Position numbers and translations under genes: made by a program. The notes beneath the pieces are model-generated. The model was given only the letters and a program-made list of their open reading frames with translations. It made no database searches and was not told the DNA's origin. From a virus: a stretch of DNA of 64,000 bases. Shown piece by piece: positions 58,832 through 64,000 of the stretch. Location: the IMG/VR virus record IMGVR_UViG_3300035698_025127, positions 55,933 to 119,932 of that record; one strand, given 5' to 3'. How positions within the stretch are numbered: position 1 is the stretch's first letter; every line of letters begins with the position of its first letter.

Positions 58832-59205
58832 TTACCATAGAAAATGCAGGATTAATCGAAAAAATGGCCATTCATCTTGGCGCTACTGCTGACAAATTTT
58901 GGCCCGAGTGGGTCAAGTATGTTGCGGCCGAAGAAATTTCTATTGATATCGGTTTGATTGTATGTGGTCTTATGTTTTTGGCCGCGGGTATTTATATCGT
59001 GCGGGCAATTAAGAAAACCGGCGAATTCAGATGGAGTTCCAGACAATATGATATGTCCGAAGATATTGTTTTTTGGGTAATCATCTCCGGAATTTCTTTC
59101 TTGGTTTCTATGTTTCTGGTTTATCAAGCAGATATTGTACCTGCCATTGTGGCGCCGGGGGGATTTGCCTTAACAAAATTCTTGGCTCAATGTAAGCGAT
59201 TGTAA
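58825..59205 (+). CDS. membrane protein
   Basis: 2 TM helices. Confidence 0.55.
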   Translation: MLITIENAGLIEKMAIHLGATADKFWPEWVKYVAAEEISIDIGLIVCGLMFLAAGIYIVRAIKKTGEFRWSSRQYDMSEDIVFWVIISGISFLVSMFLVYQADIVPAIVAPGGFALTKFLAQCKRL

Positions 59206-60312
59206 TACCGTAACTGCCCGGTGTAATTTATATTCCTTTTGATACTGTCTAAAACTCAAAACAAAAGCCCTACTTGTATTCATATAAGTAGGGTTTTTTG
59301 CTACAATATCGCGCTGTAAGCGCTCCACCAACAAAAAAGCATACTCAGCGATGGGTTTCGGTATAAAGCTCGATAGAATGCGATGTCCCTCCAACATTTC
59401 GCGCCCTATTCTATGGTCATCCGGGAACCCTATTAATCGGGCAACTTCACGCAACGTCATAGGACGATTTTTAATGGGATGGATAAATTTTGGATCCGAA
59501 GAAATGGTTGGCGCAGGCATGTAGCGGTCAAGTCTTATTGGCATTTGAGTTTTCAATATTTTGCCGTCACGCTCATGCCATATTGCCGGGCGTTTTTCAA
59601 CATTGTAGAGTTTTTCGCCTTCTTTTAAAAGGGGTACTGATTCCCACAGTAATCTATATTTAAGTTGTTTCGCGGGTAATTCTGGTACAGCATGTCCATC
59701 CAAAAATATGCGGCCGACCTGTACGGCGCCGGTTTCTGATGGCAAGACGTCAACTAAATTTCTTATGAACGGATAAACTACCGGAATATCCTTTATCTGT
59801 TCAATTTCAAACGAATTTAATCGTGGTGATAATCCATTTTTGTTACCTATGATAATTAAATATTCAGCATTGATCGGACTGCCAACAGCCATAGCATTGA
59901 CTTGTGCAATTGTCCATTTATATGAACTATTTAGACTATCAAACCAATCTGTCCAATATTTCGGATTATGTTTTGATGATATTCTGGCGGGAACTACAAA
60001 TAAAATGTTTTCAGTTTTGAGCATGTTTGAGGCGACGTCAACTGCAAATTTCAGTTCATAGTTTTCCTGACGCCCGGTAGTATTCGGTTGTCCATAAACA
60101 ACGTCATACTGTTCCCTGTGCGTTTCCAGGAATTCTGCCAAGTCAAAAAAATAAGGCACCCGGGTATATTTCATGTTTCGTTTAGCTGCTGCAATAATTC
60201 TTGAAAATTTTAATTTCTTCGTATTTTCATATACTGCATCTGTAGCGACGTCAAACCTCTCTGCTGTTATTCTGAGAGATTGCGAATAACAAAATATCCC
60301 GAGTGCCTTCAT
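59170..60312 (-). CDS. C5-cytosine methyltransferase homologue with degenerate catalytic motifs
   Basis: DVVYGQP, NA..VG.P....LIIIG, RL....PAPTI, IHP..NRPMTLREVARLIGFPDD; lacks FxGxG, PC, ENV, RxR. Confidence 0.75.
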   Translation of the reverse strand: MKALGIFCYSQSLRITAERFDVATDAVYENTKKLKFSRIIAAAKRNMKYTRVPYFFDLAEFLETHREQYDVVYGQPNTTGRQENYELKFAVDVASNMLKTENILFVVPARISSKHNPKYWTDWFDSLNSSYKWTIAQVNAMAVGSPINAEYLIIIGNKNGLSPRLNSFEIEQIKDIPVVYPFIRNLVDVLPSETGAVQVGRIFLDGHAVPELPAKQLKYRLLWESVPLLKEGEKLYNVEKRPAIWHERDGKILKTQMPIRLDRYMPAPTISSDPKFIHPIKNRPMTLREVARLIGFPDDHRIGREMLEGHRILSSFIPKPIAEYAFLLVERLQRDIVAKNPTYMNTSRAFVLSFRQYQKEYKLHRAVTVLQSLTLSQEFC

Positions 60313-60313
60313 A

Positions 60314-60811
60314 TTACTCGCTTAATACTTTTAGCAAAATTTCATCCATGTCTTCTTCTGGCTGCTTTATAATGGTTGAAATAAATTCCGGAGTACATGA
60401 ATATAATGGCTGTCCGCATACTGTAAATGAACTTGCCTGTGTTAGCGACACCCACTGGCCGACTTTCAGATCAGCGCCAACCAGATTGCCCTCTCTATCT
60501 TTTGTTTTGGCTACGTTGGGTCCAATAGATACAATTTCCATAATTTGTTGCATAAAATTTTTCAATCTTGTTTCGGCAATCGAACCGGGCAACAAAATAC
60601 TGCCAGCTTTCCCAAGGGATTCTTTGGGCGGAGCATAGTTCAATTTTTTGGTAATAACATAACGATATCTTGCAGCAGGAATAAGTTTTTCCGGTAAACC
60701 GTCTTCCTCTAAAGATTTAATCATATCTTCTCGTGACTTGTCTTTTTCCTCTAATGCTTCAATTTGAGCAGAAGCTGAATCGTAACTCGGGCTAGTAATA
60801 ATTTTTGACAT
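60314..60811 (-). CDS. GroES/Cpn10-like co-chaperonin
   Basis: LIP...Y.I, GSILLP mobile loop, EIVSIGP, LKVGQWV. Confidence 0.65.
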   Translation of the reverse strand: MSKIITSPSYDSASAQIEALEEKDKSREDMIKSLEEDGLPEKLIPAARYRYVITKKLNYAPPKESLGKAGSILLPGSIAETRLKNFMQQIMEIVSIGPNVAKTKDREGNLVGADLKVGQWVSLTQASSFTVCGQPLYSCTPEFISTIIKQPEEDMDEILLKVLSE

Positions 60812-60838
60812 TATCTGTCTCCTATGTTAATTATATTG

Positions 60839-63592
60839 TTAACCACACGCACTAAAGCCACAACTTGGGCATTTCATGCATTTCTCTTCATAAACTAAAC
60901 GGCCATTACATCCCTGATTGGGGCAAAGCGGTCTAATTATATCGTATACTTCTTTAGGAACATCTTCTTTTTCAGCACCAGAATACCTTTCTGATAATAA
61001 CTGTTTAAGAATTCTGGAAATTTGATACGAAAAATCCATTCCGGACGACGTCTTATCAAACTGCTTAATCAGTTTATCAAGTGGATAGCCATGTCTCAAC
61101 AAAATACTTGCAAGTCTCATTGACAGGTTGCGCAATTTAAATGATGATGCATGCCCGCTAATCTCTGTTCCGAACTTAACAAATAATTCAATAGGATAAT
61201 TGTCAAGTAAAGTGGTAATTAGATATACCTCATCACGTTCATTTTCAGGTAATTCTGGGTCTCTAAAACGAAATACCTTTGCTTCATCTTGAGTTGTCAA
61301 TGAAACTCGTGGTGGTTCTTTTGGTACTACTCGCGATGGTTCATTAGTCTTTGTAAGATTAATTATTTGTGTATATTTTGAACCGTCACGATAAATGGTC
61401 AAGCCTTTGCATCCCGAATTATATGCGTCTAAATATGCCTTTATAATGTTCTCTACAGTAGCATCATGAGGCATATTGATAGTTTTGGAAATGCCATTAT
61501 GAATAAATTTTTGGAGTTCTGACTGCATTAAAACGTGTCCCTCAACTCCAATATCCTGACTTGCCTGAAAAAACTCCGGCAAATTGCTTTTCTCAATTTT
61601 TATAGTACCATCGTGAATTTTTTCAATATCTAATCCCAAAACAGTTTGTGCATATTCTTCAACTACTCTCGGCATATACATTTTAGAAACATATTCCGAC
61701 TCGCCTTTGTCAGTAGTTTCTACGTGTTTGCGCTCAAAAGGCTCCAGACTAGTAAGCGGTTCGCAACCAGAAGAATTAATAGAATCACAAATATAAGACG
61801 TTGTGCCTGTAGGCATCAAGAAAGTAGTATGAGCATTTCTAATACCGAATTCTTTAATTCTATTAATAAGTGATAACCACTGTTCTAATGGCAGATTTCC
61901 GTAAAGACACATATCGGCCAAAAAGTCATTATATCCTCTAAATAACTTTTCATAATGCGCCCGCGTTTGCTGAGTATTCGGGCCGCCGTCAAATTCTTCT
62001 CCAAAATCAAGAGTAGTAAGATCCCATTTTGAACCCTTAAATGCAGGAAATGCTCCACTATATTGTAAGTCGTTAAATTTGTCTGACCACGGAACTAATT
62101 TTCCGACTGCTGGAAGTGATGGGAAATTAGCATCGCGCGTACCCGAAGATTCCTTTTGAATTTCGATTGATTCCAACTTATTGTTATAAAGGAATGGATC
62201 ACTACTTGTAGCATCATAAAACAACTTATTTGTATTATATTTTTTCATTGCACCAAAAACGGCAAGATCATTTTCTTGATTATCTTTGGCAATTGATACG
62301 GATTCATCCATAGACCAATATGTAACACGTTCTGTTAATTCACTTGCAAACTTTCTGCCAGCGTAGCTTTCATACTGAAGTTTTAAGTAAATAAGTACAT
62401 TTGCAAGGCCGAAATAACCTAACCCGAGAGGACGTGAAGCCAATGTAACAACTTTTGATTGTTCGTTGGGCAACTTATTAATGCTTACAACACGATCAAG
62501 CGCGCTAGTCATCAGCCTAGTCGTATTTTCGAGTTTTTCCCAATCAACAGAATAATTCCAATCACCTTCACGCTTTTTGATATGGTTATTTAGATTAATT
62601 GAACCTAGATTGCAAGTGGCATAAGCCATACCAAAATGCTCGCCACAGGGATTTGGATTTCTAATGACGCCCATGTTGCTTACATAATTATATTGGTTTA
62701 CTCTATCTACAAAAACAATACCCGGATCACCGACCTCCCAAGCTGCCTTGGCAATTGCAGCAAAAACATCTCTTGCCTTGTAAATTTCATAAATTTTTTT
62801 ATCCCAATGGGTACACCAAAGCCCTTCTTTCACTTGTCTAACAACTTTGCCCCCGTGGAGTCCACGCAGCCTAAGAGCTTCTCTCTCACTAATAAAAATC
62901 CAATTGTTTGGTGTAATGTCGGAACCATCGGTATAATCACTTAAACAAGTTACCCACTGATCATCATCCGTACTACCCTCTAAATTCAAAATATCGAAAA
63001 AGACGTCGGGTGCAGATACGCTAAAATTCAAATTTGAGAATTTTTCATAGTCGCCTTTTTTCTGGGCATTAGTTTTACTCCAGATAAAACTCATAATGTC
63101 CGGATGATCTAGCCTTAAAAGGCCCATCTGTGCCGCTTTACGGATTCCGCCGCCCTGAACCGACATACCAGCAGCATTAAAATTTTCCATAAAACTGAGG
63201 GGACCTGTGCTTATCCCTTGAGTACTTTTAATTGGATCTCCGGCCGGCCTTAATGTTGAATAATCAATTCCAACACCGCCACCCTTTTTAAACGTCATAG
63301 CAGACATTTTCACAGAATCAAAAATACAATCCATGGAGTCTGCTATTGGGTATTCAAAACAGGAGGACAACATGCCTAATCTAGCCCCAGCATTAATAAG
63401 TGATGGAGTTGCCAAAATAGCGTCTCTATTGAGAAACATTTCCAAAACAGCTCGTCTAATAGCAGTATCGCTCTTTAGCGGGAAAAGAGCATTTACTACT
63501 CGCCTATTTAGCTTTTCCCAGTTTTCATCTTTTAGATAATAACGTTCGTTAAGAATATTTTCAACATGTGGCTCCAGAATAATTTTAGCCAT
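60839..63592 (-). CDS. nrdJ: class II (adenosylcobalamin) ribonucleotide reductase
   Basis: TPSLINAG, LSSCF, GGGVG, HPDI, NPCGE, CNLGSINL, PTGT, ISKTIN, KGLTIYRDGS, C-terminal CPSCGFSAC. Confidence 0.92.
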   Translation of the reverse strand: MAKIILEPHVENILNERYYLKDENWEKLNRRVVNALFPLKSDTAIRRAVLEMFLNRDAILATPSLINAGARLGMLSSCFEYPIADSMDCIFDSVKMSAMTFKKGGGVGIDYSTLRPAGDPIKSTQGISTGPLSFMENFNAAGMSVQGGGIRKAAQMGLLRLDHPDIMSFIWSKTNAQKKGDYEKFSNLNFSVSAPDVFFDILNLEGSTDDDQWVTCLSDYTDGSDITPNNWIFISEREALRLRGLHGGKVVRQVKEGLWCTHWDKKIYEIYKARDVFAAIAKAAWEVGDPGIVFVDRVNQYNYVSNMGVIRNPNPCGEHFGMAYATCNLGSINLNNHIKKREGDWNYSVDWEKLENTTRLMTSALDRVVSINKLPNEQSKVVTLASRPLGLGYFGLANVLIYLKLQYESYAGRKFASELTERVTYWSMDESVSIAKDNQENDLAVFGAMKKYNTNKLFYDATSSDPFLYNNKLESIEIQKESSGTRDANFPSLPAVGKLVPWSDKFNDLQYSGAFPAFKGSKWDLTTLDFGEEFDGGPNTQQTRAHYEKLFRGYNDFLADMCLYGNLPLEQWLSLINRIKEFGIRNAHTTFLMPTGTTSYICDSINSSGCEPLTSLEPFERKHVETTDKGESEYVSKMYMPRVVEEYAQTVLGLDIEKIHDGTIKIEKSNLPEFFQASQDIGVEGHVLMQSELQKFIHNGISKTINMPHDATVENIIKAYLDAYNSGCKGLTIYRDGSKYTQIINLTKTNEPSRVVPKEPPRVSLTTQDEAKVFRFRDPELPENERDEVYLITTLLDNYPIELFVKFGTEISGHASSFKLRNLSMRLASILLRHGYPLDKLIKQFDKTSSGMDFSYQISRILKQLLSERYSGAEKEDVPKEVYDIIRPLCPNQGCNGRLVYEEKCMKCPSCGFSACG

Positions 63593-63953
63593 GACGTCCT
63601 CCCCATCGTACGCTCGTACTAAATCGCGATTTTCTAGGGGTGCTATATCTCACAATGTGTACGTCATTGCCATATTCTGTATACAAAAATTTTCTTAGAT
63701 CATTTAAAAGTTGAAAACTTTCCTGATGATTAAGGGCGTCAAGACGATTCGAAATGGGATCATATAACTTAAATTCAACTACAGTTTTGTTGTCCTTAAT
63801 GTCATAACTTGATTCCCCTTCTATAATACGTGGGCCTAATATTTTTTCAAATGTGCCAACTTCATAAATGCCGGAGCGCTCACCGCGTTTAATAATCGCA
63901 GCCCATCTAGTTGCCTGTATCATGTCTTTATTGTAACCAAAATGCGAGGCCAA
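63585..63953 (-). CDS. hypothetical protein (may start outside the window)
   Basis: ORF overlapping the nrdJ start. Confidence 0.5.
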   Translation of the reverse strand: MASHFGYNKDMIQATRWAAIIKRGERSGIYEVGTFEKILGPRIIEGESSYDIKDNKTVVEFKLYDPISNRLDALNHQESFQLLNDLRKFLYTEYGNDVHIVRYSTPRKSRFSTSVRWGGRHG

Positions 63954-64000
63954 TAATGCAGCCTGTCGTGGTGACGGAGCATTTTTAGCTATAGTAACCA

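Noticed and set aside
28713-63592. Inteins or introns in dnaE or nrdJ
   Set aside because: No intein termini, homing endonuclease motifs or interrupted frames recognised.
1-64000. tRNA or rRNA genes (expected given the CCA enzyme)
   Set aside because: No cloverleaf with T-loop consensus found by eye in the intergenic gaps; tRNAscan-SE or Aragorn is needed to exclude them.

Overview
This 64 kb window is an AT-rich fragment of a large T4-like (probably jumbo) myophage genome, read in the standard code. 1-16 kb is a replication/recombination module: gp41/DnaB helicase, UvsY-like, gp32-like SSB, HU-like, RecA/UvsX, UvsW, PD-(D/E)XK exonuclease, resolvase and two beta-class MTases. 16-21 kb has virion genes: DNA end protector, tape measure with an M15 peptidase domain, baseplate. 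21-42 kb and 54-59 kb are accessory cassettes behind near-consensus sigma70 promoters: DHH, HD, Tmk, the N-terminal half of DnaE, GGCT, GATase, CCA enzyme, a decayed RtcB, two amidoligases and a pentapeptide repeat protein. 59-64 kb (minus strand) has a catalytically degenerate C5-MTase homologue, a GroES-like protein and NrdJ. The most striking unexplained structure is an ~11 kb array (42.7-53.8 kb) of about 22 highly diverged small paralogues that share one helical motif. The array shows signs of ongoing gene turnover and has an iteron-like repeat with a local skew flip at its centre. Other notable items are a conserved promoter/leader cassette, a terminator that hides a late-gene RBS, a candidate +1 frameshift and a 104-bp duplication. 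All family calls are by motif recognition by eye; no database search was run. No tRNA, rRNA or CRISPR array was seen.
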